From Squalus acanthias (lineage: Eukaryota), in contig CM059433.1 of the NCBI GenBank assembly GCA_030390025.1, positions 16,370,001 through 16,434,000 of the forward strand: a stretch of DNA of 64,000 nucleotides, written 5' to 3'. This document shows, piece by piece, positions 1 through 12,919 of the stretch; position 1 is the stretch's first letter; every line of letters begins with the position of its first letter. The position numbers were made by a program, and so were the translations under genes. Below the pieces are notes generated by a model. That model was given only the letters and a program-made list of their open reading frames with translations, was not told where the DNA came from and ran no database searches.

Positions 1-1479
1 AATCTTCTCTTCTTCAGAAATATCATCCTCTTCACTTTCCATCTCACTTTCCTTTTCTTTCTTTGGATTCAAAACATTCTCAATTATTTCATCATCACTT
101 AGTATATGCACAACACCAACTTCTCTATCTGCAGCAACCCACTGCTCGATATCACTTTCACTGAGGTGATGTAGAGGGTTTGCTGGGCCTGCATTTTTCA
201 CCATGCCAGCCATTTCCATTATTGTACTCTTCTTGGGACGAACATTGAACCCATGAAATTCCTCCTCTGAAGAAGAACCTTCAGCAAACATTACAGAAGG
301 CCACAATTTGCGCCAGGCTTGCCTCAGAGTGTGACCTTTCACCAAGTTCCAGGAACATGCAACATTATAGATGGCATCTTTAATATTGTATTCCTTCTGA
401 AATTCTTGAATATTGTCATCTTGGCTTATCAGTTTAGGTAGGAAGTCTTTCTTGTAATGACACTTCAGATTTTGGATAACGCCCTGGTCCATGGGTTGGA
501 TGAGAGAAGTTACATTTGGTGGCAAATAAATGGTGAAAATATTTCCCGAAACCAACTCGGATTCATGCGGATGGGCTCTACAATTATCAAGCAATAAAAT
601 GCATTTGCTATCTTCAGGTTTCCCTATTTTGCGGAAATGTTCCCTCACAGATGGAACAAAAATATGATGGAACCAATCGGAGAAGATTTCCTTATCCATC
701 CAAGCATTTTTTTGAGCTTTGTACTCAACAGGTAAGTGCCTCACATTTTTAAATGCACGGGGATTTTTATACTTCCCGATAACAAGAAGTTTAACCCGGT
801 GTGATCCAGCGGCGTTCGCACATGTTAGCACGGTTACACGATCTTTGTTTTTCTTGTAACCTGAAGCATTAGCCTCACTAGCCCCAGCAAGCGTTGATTC
901 TGGCAAAACCCTCCAAAACTAGCCAGTTTCATCGGCATTGTATAACTGTGCTGGCGACAAATCATGTTGCTGCACAATCCGATTGAAATAATCGCAGTAT
1001 TCTTCTGCGGCATCGTGATCAGCTGATTTCTTCTCCCCGGAAATATCGAGTCGTCGTATCCCGTGCCGTAACTTGAAGCACGTTAGCCATCCCTCAGAGA
1101 AAGCACACTTGTCAGTGAGCTCCATCCTTTCGTAGAAATCCTTCACTTTCTCGATTAGCATGGGTCCGGAAATTGGAACACCCTCTGAACGCATAAGAGA
1201 AAACCATTCATAAAGTACGGTAGCCAGCTCTTCAAGCTTAGGCTTACGAAGCGTACGCCGTTTCTCTACACTCTCAGATGTCTCCGAGCTTGAATAAAAC
1301 TTGAGCAGCTTATCCTTCTGCGATTTGATGTCGTAGATTGTTGACGAACCGATTTTGAATTCATTCATAATGTTGATACGCTTCTCTCCCCTTTCTAGTC
1401 GTTGGCATATCTCGATTTTCTGTTTTAAAGTTAAGACCACTCTCTTCCTTTTGCTTGGACCAGCTTTTGGGAATTCCAT
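1..1479 (-). pseudogene. Tigger-type transposase (CENP-B_N HTH, HTH_Tnp_Tc5, DDE_1) with one in-frame stop
   Basis: [24 protein letters not shown]...[15 protein letters not shown]...LYNADETG* (TAG at 919-921). The frame continues FWRVLP...[13 protein letters not shown]...[10 protein letters not shown]...[20 protein letters not shown]. Confidence 0.88.
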
Positions 1480-1544
1480 AATGCAAGATGGAGGAGATAA
1501 TTGCCGCTGAAGATGGAAAGACACACAGAACAATGGTGGCTAGG

Positions 1545-1710
1545 AAGAGACTACCAGCAGCGTGGCAGACACACAGTAAAATGGTGTATCAGAAGAGACT
1601 ACCAGCAGCGTGGCAGACACACAGTAAAATGGTGTATCAGAAGAGACTACCAGCAGCGTGGGAGACACACAGCAAAATGGCCGATCAGAAGAGACTCCTG
1701 GCAGCGCAGG
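1545..1710. repeat. 48-bp tandem repeat (~3.5 copies) in the Tigger 5' region
   Basis: Unit aagagactaccagcagcgtggcagacacacagtaaaatggtgtatcag; a second ~65-bp duplication lies at ~1805-1940. Confidence 0.9.
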
Positions 1711-2469
1711 AGAATCAGACTCCTGCTACTGCAGTGTTCGGACTTCCGACAGCGCCAGGAGGCCGAGTAGTGGCACTTTTGAAAACTAACCCTACTGACT
1801 AAATCGGCGTTCGCGGGCTTGGGCTCGGACTCGGCAACATTGCCGGTTATTTGAGAGGAGTTTTCGGAGTACTCGGCGTTCGCGGGAGACTCGGACTGCG
1901 ACTCGGCAACATTGCCGGTTATTTGAGAGGAGTTTTCGGAGGATGATTTTTGCCAGGTTAAGCGAGAATTCCGGATATTTAGGTGCCGGTTAATAAAGAG
2001 TTTCCTGTACTATATTCATACTTTCAAAAGAATCTTCCACATGTCAAAATCTACATATCTCATACAGTAGATTCAGTACAGCTTTAATTAGGTTAGCAAG
2101 TTTAGCATTAAATGAACCAGACGTCAAGTTGTTTTCAATATATTGTACACTGTTATTAATTAATTAGTTTATATGTTCTGGATGTCTCTCAGCAAAATGG
2201 TCCCAGATGATATACATTATCCAAGAGGGACTGTGAAATACAGTGGAAATCCAATACTTTGAATATTGTGTTCCAATTGAGACTGTTGTAAAATCTCTCT
2301 ATATTACAGTTAATAGTGGGCAAAAGGAAAGTGCTAATGCCAGTGAGTTGGAAAATATTTATGGGGAAGATTTCCTTTGTACAATATTTATTATGAAACA
2401 ATAAACTTGTACTTACATTTACTGTTTCATGCCAATTACCAAAGAGAAAATCTTACTAAAAGTTACGAC

Positions 2470-3150
2470 ACAGGTTAGCAATGCCATTAAAAAAAAAAGC
2501 AAACCAAGCACTAGGGTTTATTTCTCGAGGTATAAAATTGAAAAGTAGGGAAGTTATACTAAATCTGTATCGAACCTTGGTTAGACCACACTTAGAGTAC
2601 TGCGTACAGTTCTGGTCGCCATATTATAAAAAGGATATAGAGGCACTGGAGAGGGTGCAGAGAAGATTTAGAAGGATGATTCCAGAAATGCGAGGGTATA
2701 CATATCCGGAAAGGATGAACAGGCTGGGTCTCTCTTCTCTTGAAAAAAGAAGGCTGAGGGGTGACCTAATAGGTCGTTAACATTATGAAAATTTTTGATA
2801 GAGTGGATACGGAGAGAATGTTTTCACTTGTGGAGAAGAGCATAACTAGAGGCCATCAATATAAGATAGTCACCAAGAAATCCAATAGGGAATTCAGAAG
2901 AATCTTCTTTACCCAGAGAGTGGTGAGAATGTGGAACTCGCTACCACAGGGAGTGGTTGAAGTGAATAGTATGGATGCATTTAAGGGGAGGCGAGACAAG
3001 CATATGATGGAGAAGGGAATAGAGGTTTATGCTGATAGATTTAGATGAGGAAAGACGGGAGGAGGCTCGTGTGGAGCATAAATGCCGGCATGGACTGGTT
3101 GGGCCGAATGGCCTGTTTCTGTGCCGTATATCCTGTGTAATCCTATGTAT
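2470..3150 (+). mobile_element. CR1 LINE 3' fragment
   Basis: LYRTLVRPHLEYCVQFWSPY...LERVQRR and FFTQRVVRMWNSLP motifs; tail ggccgaatggcctgtttctgtg. Confidence 0.9.
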
Positions 3151-3595
3151 GTAATCTCCCATCAGCGCTTCAAGTTCGTAATACAGCAGCACGTGGCTTA
3201 GAAAGCTGGACTTAGTTAGTACTAATTAAAAGGGCAGAGTATCCATGCGGGAGATTGTGATCTCACGCCCATCGATCTGAGAATCATGGGAGGTTAAATT
3301 GGATAGCCCCCGAAACAGGCGTGGGTTCGCGATGCGCGGTTAACCCACGCCCGTTCAGTGTACTGCAGGCAGCATGCCAGTTTCGTGCTGCCTGCTCATT
3401 ATTATGATTTCTGCATGCAGCCAGCACTACCCACGTGGTTCATTGGCTGCCGCATCAGCAGGGGGGGCCCCAAGGTAGTTACTAACTTGTACTACTTAAA
3501 GCTAGCCTGCACCTCTTAAAGGGGAGGTGCATTGTGGCTGGAGCAGGTGCTGGGAGTCGTTCTGCAACTGAATCTGACCTTGGAAAGCGCGAAGA

Positions 3596-5345
3596 ATGGC
3601 TGACCATGGAAGAGAGCAGGCACCCAGGTTTTTGGATGCTGCACTGGAGGTCTTGGTGGAGGAAGTGGAAAGGAGGAAAGATGTTCTGTACCCTCGGGGG
3701 CAGGAGGTCCTCCAAACACACAATGAGAAGGCAGTGGGAACAGATAGACGTGGAGTTCAATGCCAGGAGTTTAGTCCCAAGGACCTGGATGGAGTGCCAG
3801 AATAAGTTTAATGAACTCACATGAGTGGTCAAGGTCAGTGAATGCACCTGCACATGCCATATCTTACCAACTGCACCACTAGCCTCAGCCAGTGCTCAAT
3901 TCACCACACCCGCATCACTCACCTACCAACAATATTTATCAATCAGGACTCATACCTAACATTCATATGCTTCACCTTACCCCTACACGCTTAGCACTGT
4001 TGCCAGCCTCACACCCACATCTCTCAGCTTGCACACACTGCCAGCTATTCAACCGTGACAGCCACATCACCCAAACATATTGCACAACACTCACTGACAC
4101 ACTTCCCTCTCCCTTGCAGGAGAAGGTGGCACACAACCGGAGGCAGCAGGAACTAACTGGAGGGGGAGAGGCGCGCCTGCATCTCCTAACCCCATGGAGG
4201 ATACAGTGCTGGCCATTATGGGAAGGGCCATTGCTGAGGTTGTGGCCATTGGCGGGGCTGAAACCCTTGAAGATGAGGGTATCCTCATACCTAATCCTCC
4301 TTCTCACATCCCACTTCACCCTCATCCCTAACTCTCTTCCGACTGAAAAGCTGCAGCTGGTGTAAGCATGCACTTCTTACTTTCTCCTCTCCCCTCACCA
4401 CAACCCAACCCTTGTCCCTTTTTCATTTCAGATACCCAAGAACTGTGAACTGCCCAGGCAGTGGTGGAAGAGCAGGAAGACAGTGAAGATGAAGACGCAC
4501 CGTCACTCGATTTCACACGCGCAGCCACCAGCTCAGATACTGACACTGCGTATTTTAGAGGACAAGGTCGCACACTAGTTCTGCAGCAGAGGACTCAGAC
4601 GAGGACTACAATGGGCCAGACTACAGAAAACTGATGGGTGTGCACACCAAAATGCTTGGTGCATTGGGAAGCCTGCCAGAAAGCCTGCGTTGAATGTCAA
4701 GGAGCATGAGGAGTCCAGCACCAACTTGGCACAGAGCTTGGAGCCTATCCTTTCCAGCATGGAACTGGTGGCCAACCCCATCAACACACTTGTGGAACCA
4801 ACCATGATGCAGCGTCTGATGGCCGATGCCTCAGCTTCTATTGCAGGACAAGAAGCAACCTCCCAACGTCTGAGTGCTGCGGTGGAAGCTCAGACTGCTG
4901 CCATCATGGCTCTGGATACCAGTGTGCAAAGGGACTTCTCGGGTGTCACAGCAGCCCAGCAATCTGTCCTCCAACAGATTACTAGGATTGCTGAGGCGCT
5001 GCCCCAGGAGAGTGGCAGTGGCTCCATGGAGCACGAACCTGCTGAACTCTCTCTGCATGACAGCATTTGTGCTCACACCCCTGCCACTCTGGCTGCGCCC
5101 TTGCTGTGCCTGTCGACCTGCCAGCCCAGACCGCCCACGCCGAGATGGTGCAGTCTACAGCAGGGCCTTCTAGGCCCAGAGCTGCTCGAGATCGTCCTCC
5201 AAGGCCATCTGCAGTCTCCTGCACTGAACTTCAGCAGCCTTCCACCAGCCATGCTGCAGCCACTAGGGTAGCACCTCGTAGGAGCACTAGGACAGGAAAA
5301 GGCACACTGAAGACAGGCATTAAGGGAAAGGACAACGGCGATTAG
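3596..5345 (+). pseudogene. Harbinger Myb/SANT-like gene, three exons (3596-3833, 4120-4278, 4432-~5345), frameshifted
   Basis: REQAPRFLDAALEVLVEEV / WEQI...PRTWMECQNKFNELT / EKVAHNRRQQELTGGG; GT-AG junctions; stops and frameshifts. Confidence 0.8.
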
Positions 5346-5499
5346 TTTGTTTTTGTAGGCAATATGGCATGAGTTAATTTATAAATTTGGATTGGAATGT
5401 GTATTTTATGTTGGCTTTTATATTTGCATTGTGGGCAGTGACAGAGGGAAGGTAATGAGTGTGGGACTTTTGGTGAATGGAGAATTGAGGTTGAGGTTA

Positions 5500-6655
5500 C
5501 TGGTATCCCACTTGAATTAATTGTTCACTTACAGCCCGGGTAGAAAGGGCTGTCTAGGTTGCAGCCTCCCTTTCACTTCCTCCTCTTCCTTGTCCTCTTC
5601 TTCCTCCTCGTGCTCCTGCTCCTCAGCTTCTCATCTGATAGGTGGTGGCAAGAGCTGTTCCCTCATGATGGCAAGTTGTACAACATGCAGCATACCATCT
5701 CAAATCTTGTGCACTGCTCAGCCGAGCACTGCAGGGCTCCTCCAGAGCTGCCCAGACATTGGAATCGTTGCTTCAGGATGCCAATGGCCTGCTCTGTCAG
5801 ATTTCTTGTGACAGCATGTCTCTCATTGTATGACTGCTGCTCACGTGTTGCGAACCGGAGCCGTGATCCGCGTCGTCAGCGGATAGCCCTTGTCACCCAG
5901 TCGCCACCCTTTGGTTTGCCGTGGTGGTTGAAATACAGCTGGCACAGCGGACTGCCACAGAATGAATGCATCATGCCTGTTGCCATGATACCAGCCATTG
6001 ACCTGCTTTATGTGCTGCCAATGGTCACACACCAGCTGCACGTTGAGGGAGTGGAATCCCTTCCAGTTCAGGTACATGCAGAGTTGACATGAGGCGCATC
6101 CAAAGCAATAAGTGCGCATTCAATGGCACCCTACACCATGAGGAAGCCTGCAATTGTTGCAAACCCTCGTGCTCGCTCTGCCTGCTTCTCTCTGGAAAGA
6201 GGGAATGAAATGAAGTTATCTCTCTTTGCATAGAGAGCCTCAGTGACCTCTCTTATGCAGCAGTGCACTGCAAACTGTGAGATGTTGCTAATATCTCCAG
6301 CAGCAGCCTGGAAGGAGCCAGAGACACAAACGTTTATAGTCACGGTCGCCTTCACAGCCACTGGCAATGCGGTCCATGTCCTGCTCTGAGGTCGGAGTTG
6401 TGGCTGCAGCAGTTGGCAGATTTCAGTAACGACCTCCTTAGTGAAGCGCAGACGTCTCACACATTGTTCCTCATTAGGATTCAGGTAGGAGAATTGTTAC
6501 CTGAACACCCTGGGCGGGGATATGGTCTCCTGCTGAGAGCCTTTCTCCCCCTCCTCCTCCTCCCTCTTCTAGCAACTTGCCCGGCTCTGCATGGCCTCTG
6601 CTCATTCTCCCAGTCATGCTCAATTGCAAGAGAAGACCTACTCGTCCACCCATGT
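5500..6655 (-). pseudogene. Harbinger (HARBI1-like, DDE_Tnp_4) transposase remnant
   Basis: RRLRFTKEVVTEICQLL, SGSFQAAAGDISNISQFAVHCCI, NWKGFHSLNVQLVCDH, HDAFIL, LGDKGYPL and an acidic tail, spread over several frames. Confidence 0.88.
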
Positions 6656-7689
6656 CTGGGAGCAACTGGTTTGTGCAAAAGCCTTGAAGACAGCAAAAAA
6701 TACTTCAGCACTTGCCACACCACTCCCTGTAGACTTATGAAATTTGAAACAACTATAGAAAGCACCAAAAACGTGTAGAATTGCAGCAACAGCCAAAAGA
6801 AATAAACCAGCAACTAACCTGTAAGTAGTTGATGATCCCTTTAAATAGTGCTGGTGGGGGGGGGTCCTTCATGCTGCTTAACGTCGTGTTCAGCTTTGCA
6901 AAGTTAAGAGAGAGGGCATAGGCTGGAGTGTGGAGCTCCAAAACAGCAGCGCTGGCGTCAAATCAGCATTGCACACTGATTAAGGTCATGATCTGCCTTC
7001 TCTGCATGCTTCCGGCGGACGTTAGATGCATGTACACAAACCCCTTTACCGTCTGCGGCGCACTTTGCATCAGATGTGTGCGCATGCACCACAGACACCA
7101 TTTTGGAACCCTAAGGGACCTCGTAGCGCGCAAAACTCAGGCGCTAACAAGCCAAATTTCACCCCCACGATCTTCCATCTGCACCATACCAGTAAATCTG
7201 GCGGAAGTGTCACAACATAATAAGTGCTTTTTAATTTCATTCATTGTAATTGGGCATCTAGGGTATGCCTGTAAGTGCAGATTTCATTTCTGCTTTTCAC
7301 TTAATTTTTGGAGATTTAATTTTTTTCTCTCAATGGCCAAAGAGGGCTTGTGGCCTGAGTTTTGGGCACCTGTATTTCGATAACCAGTTACAATTTGAGA
7401 AAATGGAGGTCTCTGAGAATTCCTCTGCACTTATGCTATTTGAAGGACAAAGAATAGCAGTCAGACACATCAGTTTACACCACAAGAGGACTTCACCTGC
7501 CTACCCTCCAAACTGCACGTACAGGCAAAGGTAGATTTACCTGGACTTAGCCAAGAAGCAGTGTATACGTGGACTCCGATTTACCAGGGAGGCTGTGACA
7601 GACTTTTTCAGCACGCCGCAATATGGCTTTCACGTTTCAAAATTTTTGCCTATTTGGCCAAGAATGTATTCTTTGTTTAAGTTATAATG

Positions 7690-9659
7690 GCTCAAAAATT
7701 CCATGAGGGTGTCATCCCAGCTTAAATGGCAGGCTGTACCTTCCATGACCCTCCAGTGTTGACCGTGCCGGAGTATTTCGATGTCAATGGACAGGTGCCC
7801 GCGCCATTAGATGTGCATCTCAGGTGCCCCTCAGTCGGGGGAAGGCAGGTATCCTGGTGCAAGGGTGGAAACAAGTCAATCTGCTCAAGTTTGATTTTGA
7901 AACAGTCAGTAAGGCAGAGATGTCTCACTTTCTCTCCAGCCGGGGGAAGGCTGTGAGAGAGTCTTGGCTGAAGCATGAACACATGCGGCCTATATTAGGA
8001 AAGGTTAATGCTGGCGAGTTTCGGGGATTGCACAAGTGAAGTTACCCCATGAATGTACTTCATGTTACGAGGACTAATGTGAAATAGCTTAAATGTCACT
8101 GTATTCTGTATATTCGTATATTACATGTGAAGTAAAACAGTGTTCTGGTTTACATTTGGCCTTATCTCACTAGAGTGCTGATAAGTCCACCTTCCAGAAG
8201 TTAGGAAAATATACTTTGGTTATTAGCAAGGCCACAGTATCCAGTACACACATCAAGAACTCTTGTTGTTATGGCTCCCAGGTCACGTTATCATATGGGT
8301 AGATACTGGGCAGTAAAGGTAGTCTTTTGGTCACAGGCGGCGAAGGGTTTGCTTATAGGAGTGTCCAGTGATATTGAACCCAAGAGAATATCGAATGCAG
8401 ACCTGAAATTTGTAATAGTGGCCTACAATCAAACTCCAGGCCAGACAAAGCACTGCTGGTGGCTGTTGAGGTCACTTCCGCCCTAATCTTTGATGTCACT
8501 GGTTCATTCCAGCTTACCAAAGGGGCCCTCATCAACATCAGTCAATCTGAAGTGCACAGATGCTTCTGACCTTGTTTGTCAGTGCGAGCAATTGCCTCAT
8601 GGACAACTGGCAAACAGCATGAGAGGGCACTGTGTCTTTTTCCAGCAGCAGGATTCTCCAAATTTAATTGATGGCACCTATTTGCTGCTTGCTTACTTGC
8701 TGCTGCATAGAAGAACTGTATTCATGAGTCACAAGGTTGATACTCTGTTAATGCGCACCTCATCTGTTTCCAACTGCACAGCATCATGCAGGTCAATACC
8801 TGCTTCCCAATTGGCAGTCAGGATGCTTTTATTTTAAAAGAATCCATCGTGCCCCAATTACTTCACCCAGAAACATAAATTAAAGGTTGGCTCCTACAAG
8901 ATCAAAGTTAACCATCATGATCAAACACATTAGATATGTTAAAGCAGACAGATCGAGCAGTCTACCAATACAGCCAACTAAAGTCTGCCACATCATCGTC
9001 TGCTGCATGCTCCACAGTTTTGCAATCCAGCAAGGTATCATTATGGAGCACCCACAGAAGGAAGGAAGGCAATGAACAGCAACAAGGAGATGAACTAGAG
9101 GAGGATGAAGATGCAGCTCTTGAAGTACCTTTGCCAGCTGCAACAGCCATTTGCCAGGCTCTCACTGAGGATACCTTTTCCTAATTACCGCATCTGCACA
9201 TTGTATGAACAGTCCTCCCTATATCTTCAACATGCCCTCAACATATATGCCTTCACCTACATTGCATTAACTCCCCACTGAACTACCAAAGATACCATTC
9301 CTGTCACCTGCTGAAACAACATCCAACATTATAATAAGAAAACTCTATGAACATGGTACAACTAAAGGCAAACAGATGTTATTTTCCTAAAGTTGAACTG
9401 CGTGCATTACTAACATTTCGGACCCTGATATATCCCCTTGGTGACGAGGCTCTACACACTCTCCAATAACTGCAGCAATGTTTGATGCTCAGAAAGCATC
9501 ATTTACAAAACAAAATCTCCCCTGAGGTCTGGATCCCTGCTGTCATCAGCTGAGTTAAATATCCAGGGTTCCTGTTCGTCCTCTGCCACCACCATCTGAC
9601 CAGCTCACTCATGTTCCATGTATCACCCAGTGCACTCCCCTAATCTCACTGTCAAAATC
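7690..9659 (+). mobile_element. Old Harbinger-like element with degenerate transposase fragments
   Basis: FPNLIDGTY-like motif, KVCHIIVCCMLHSFAIQQG and an acidic tail (8500-9180); terminal ctcactgtcaaaatc. Confidence 0.55.
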
Positions 9660-11114
9660 AATGTACACATGTTGGTGCTCGGTTAGAGGGAGTGCTGATA
9701 CATGTGAGTTTCTGTCTTGCTTGGTATGTATCAGTAGTCCCAGAATCAGATTCAGCTTCATGTAGGATGTTGCAGTTGTGTATTTAGTAGAACTTTTCGG
9801 GCATCGTTTTCAGAAGAAAGATTGATATGCAATTGGGCTTCAGTTTATGTTTTGGTGCCAGTGAGTGAGCAAATAGGATGGGGAAAAGAGCTGGAGACGT
9901 TTACTACAAACCCTGAATTGGGAACATGCTTCCTATTTTTCTATCCCTTCTCTCCTCAATGGCCTACCTGCCAATGATCTTCAGGTTTAACTCCTCTGAA
10001 GGACTACAAAGACATAGATTGGAGGGCCTCGTCTCAAGTGAGTTCTCTCTCTCTCTCTCTCATTAAGCACTGTCTTCTGGAAAGTATAGATTTGGGGAGC
10101 AATTGAAAGTGACATATAGGGATAACAGTGTTTCAACATGCAGTTATAGTAAGTGTGGTTACATGAGCATGTATCATGCAACTACAACAGATGTCAGAGG
10201 GGAAAGCATTTAAGGATGTGAAGGAAGAAGCATTTAGAGGAGGAATTTGCTGCCATGAGTGGTACCCTGCTGAATAGTGGGAAGCAGTTGAAGTACAGAA
10301 AGACTGAGGGAGGAGGTATCTCTGGGTGCAATGCGTGCTTCACATATTCTGAATGTCTTGTATATGTCTTTTATTTCTTTGATTTCTCTCATTATGCCTC
10401 CTATTGTCTCATGCTAATATTGCTCCTGCTATTTAACCACATCCTGTTCTCCAGTTAAGCACTTTACAGGTTATTCTATTTCTTTACCTGTGTGTATGTG
10501 GTGGTGTTGTTTTTTCCCCCCTTTCCCTTCTCCTTGTTCTGTTCCTTTTTTAAATACTGTTCATCTGTAATATCTTCCAGTTCTGATGAAAGATCGATAC
10601 AGAAAAACATCTTGTCTATTCACTCCACCGAGGCTAACTGGCCTGCTGAACGTTTCTCGCATGTCCCCATAATTTCCTTTACTTAGAAGATTCATCTTTG
10701 CTGTTGGAGAAAAATGCATCTCTTTAAATTGCTACAGCCCTTAAGGCCTAGAGCAACATGCAATTTCTCACCCACTAATGGAAAAGCACCAGGATTTTTG
10801 ATGCCGGGAGCTCTGGAAACAGAGGTGGGGCAGCACGCTAGTGGTGTGTGCAAATGCCAGACCTCACGATTTCTACCCAGTGGAGGCTCCAGCTAAAAAT
10901 TGGAGCTGTTAATCTTTGAATAGACATTGCATGCAACTCAATTGAAGGAGTCAAAAAATGAATGGACATTTCACAGCTTCAATGAGGAACAAAGGGGTAA
11001 AGTTGGGAAGTAGATGAAGTGGTCTATGTAAATCTTCAACATCGTCATAAACTAGATGGATTGAATGGACTTTTCACTCATGCTTTTCTCATTTTCTTAC
11101 AGGATTTGGTTGGA

Positions 11115-11320
11115 AATAATTTCTTTGTCGACGTTTTAAATATGCCCATTGTTAGAATCATAGAATCTTACAGCACAGAAGAGGGCCATTCAGCCCATTG
11201 TGCCTGTGCCGGCTCTTTGAAAGAGCTATCCAATTAGTCCCACTCTCTTGCTCCATCCCCATAGCCTTGCAATTTTCTCCACTTCAAGTATTTATCCAAT
11301 TCCCTTTTGAAAGTTACCTT
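11115..11320 (-). mobile_element. CR1 LINE 3' tail
   Basis: tagaatcatagaatc...ggccattcagccc...tatttatccaattccc, the same tail as other CR1 copies here. Confidence 0.75.
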
Positions 11321-12162
11321 TGTTACTTTTGTACGTTTGATTCTGGCAAAATTATTTCCCGTACATTTTGAATATTGGACTGTACAAAGTAGAATTAAGG
11401 AAACCGAAAAAGCTTAACGCAGCATTTCTACAAATATAACAGAGCTGGGAGAAATTGTAGCTTTGCTGTACTTTTTATTTTGGTGTTGAAATGCTAATAC
11501 ATCCTGAAAGGCTTCATGATGTTTCTAAATAGGGTACGTATACCCTGCATGGATTAGGTGCATCCAAGGGAATTACCTCTCTTGCATTGTTTCCATGCCA
11601 CCACTCTTAACACTGCTGCTGAAAATTGGATGTTTAATGTGCTTTGTCTATCTACCTGTATGGCTGCTATTGTTATCACACAGTGCATTTTCTAACTTGG
11701 CATGAGCAGTGCCTCAGGCAATACATTAAAAGTGATACTTCTGCAAGCACACACGCACTTTGTTTTGATGCAAACCAAAGGAAAAAAGCTGGCCGCTTTA
11801 CATGAAAATGGCCACTTTCCAGTCTGCAAAATTTATTTGACCAAATGATGCAATTCTGTCCCATTTCTGTTTAATTAATAATTAGAATGTGTGGCCTTAA
11901 GCAGTTTGTTTAAAAAAAAGAGAGCCTGGCCTGAAAACAGTGCTATAATTAACTGCAAGAATGCAGAACAAATACCCTTTGACCCCTTTAAAGTGGCACA
12001 TTTCCTACACTTTTGAGTGCAATACATTGTGCATTTCATGTTATAATAGTGCTGTCCTTGTGGAACCGTGAATGCCTTGCCACAGAAGGTATGCCAGCAG
12101 AAATAAAATTAGAGTTAGCAGAATAAGATATTCATGTCTTGAAACCTGTATACATTCATCCT

Positions 12163-12321
12163 GGGGAATTTTGACGGTGACATTAGGGAGTGCACTGGGT
12201 GATACATGGAGCATGAGTGAGTTAGAGCAGGTGGCAGAGGAGGAACAGGAAGCAGCTGTCTGGAGAGTCAATTCATATTTTACCTCCGCTAATGAAAGCA
12301 GGGATCCAGACCTCAGGGGAG
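12163..12321. mobile_element. Terminal fragment of the 7690-9659 element family, inverted
   Basis: Reverse-complement similarity to 9517-9659. Confidence 0.6.
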
Positions 12322-12333
12322 CTTCTTTTTTCA

Positions 12334-12760
12334 AACAACAAGTTGCATTTGTATAACTCCTTTAACGTAGTAAAACATCCCAAGGTACTTCACAGGAGCG
12401 TTATCAAACAAAATTTGACACTGGGGCACGTAAGGAGATATTAGGATAGGTGACCAAAAGCTTGGCCAAATAGGTAGGTTTTAAGGAGGAAAGAGAGGTT
12501 TAGGGAGAGAATTCCAGAGCTTAGGGCCGAGACAGCTAAAGGCGCACAGCGCCAATGGTGGAGCGATTAAAATCGGGGATGCGCAAGAGGCCAGAATCGG
12601 AGGAACGCAGATATCTCGGAGGGCTGGGGGAGGATACAAAGATGGGGAGAGGCGAAGCCATGGTTGGATTTAAAAACAAGGATGAGAATTTTAAAATCGA
12701 GGTGTTGTCAGGGGAGCCAATGTAGATCAGCGGGCACGGTGAGGGGGCGGTGGGTTGGTT
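12334..12760 (-). mobile_element. L2-like LINE 3' fragment
   Basis: PPRYLRSSDSGLLRIPDFNRSTIG; tail shared with 63025-63438. Confidence 0.8.
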
Positions 12761-12919
12761 GAACTGATGCTTTCTGCGCAGCAAGGATTGCTGCAGTTAT
12801 CTGCAGTTATTGGAGAGTGTGCAGATAAACCAAGGGGAAATACCAGGATACTAAATGTTAGTAATGCACATTTGAAATTTAGGAAAATAACATTTGTTTG
12901 CCTTAAGTTTTACCATTGC

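Larger units (their letters stand above)
1..2007 (-). mobile_element. Tigger/pogo (Tc1/mariner superfamily) DNA transposon, cut by the window edge
   Basis: TIR CAGGAAACTCTTTATTAACCGGCACC (minus strand) ending at 2007 next to TA; encodes a CENP-B-like transposase. Confidence 0.9.
3288..7166. mobile_element. PIF/Harbinger DNA transposon, near full length, degenerate, with convergent Myb-like and transposase genes
   Basis: Imperfect TIRs (ggaggttaaattgg ... ccaaatttcacccc). Myb/SANT-like exons on +, HARBI1-like transposase on -. Confidence 0.85.

Noticed and set aside
919..1533. Possible domesticated TIGD/JRKL gene
   Set aside because: In-frame stop in the DDE domain, intact TIR and a cognate MITE indicate a transposon copy.
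1488..1802. Repetitive ORFs and a CRISPR-like appearance
   Set aside because: Plain 48-bp tandem repeat without unique spacers, in eukaryotic transposon DNA.
7265..7534. ORF with ISAFHLIFGD and EGQRI, faintly like an upstream SH3YL1 exon
   Set aside because: Motif spacing differs from the protein as I recall it, the intervening sequence does not match, and splice sites are not convincing. No upstream SH3YL1 exon could be supported.
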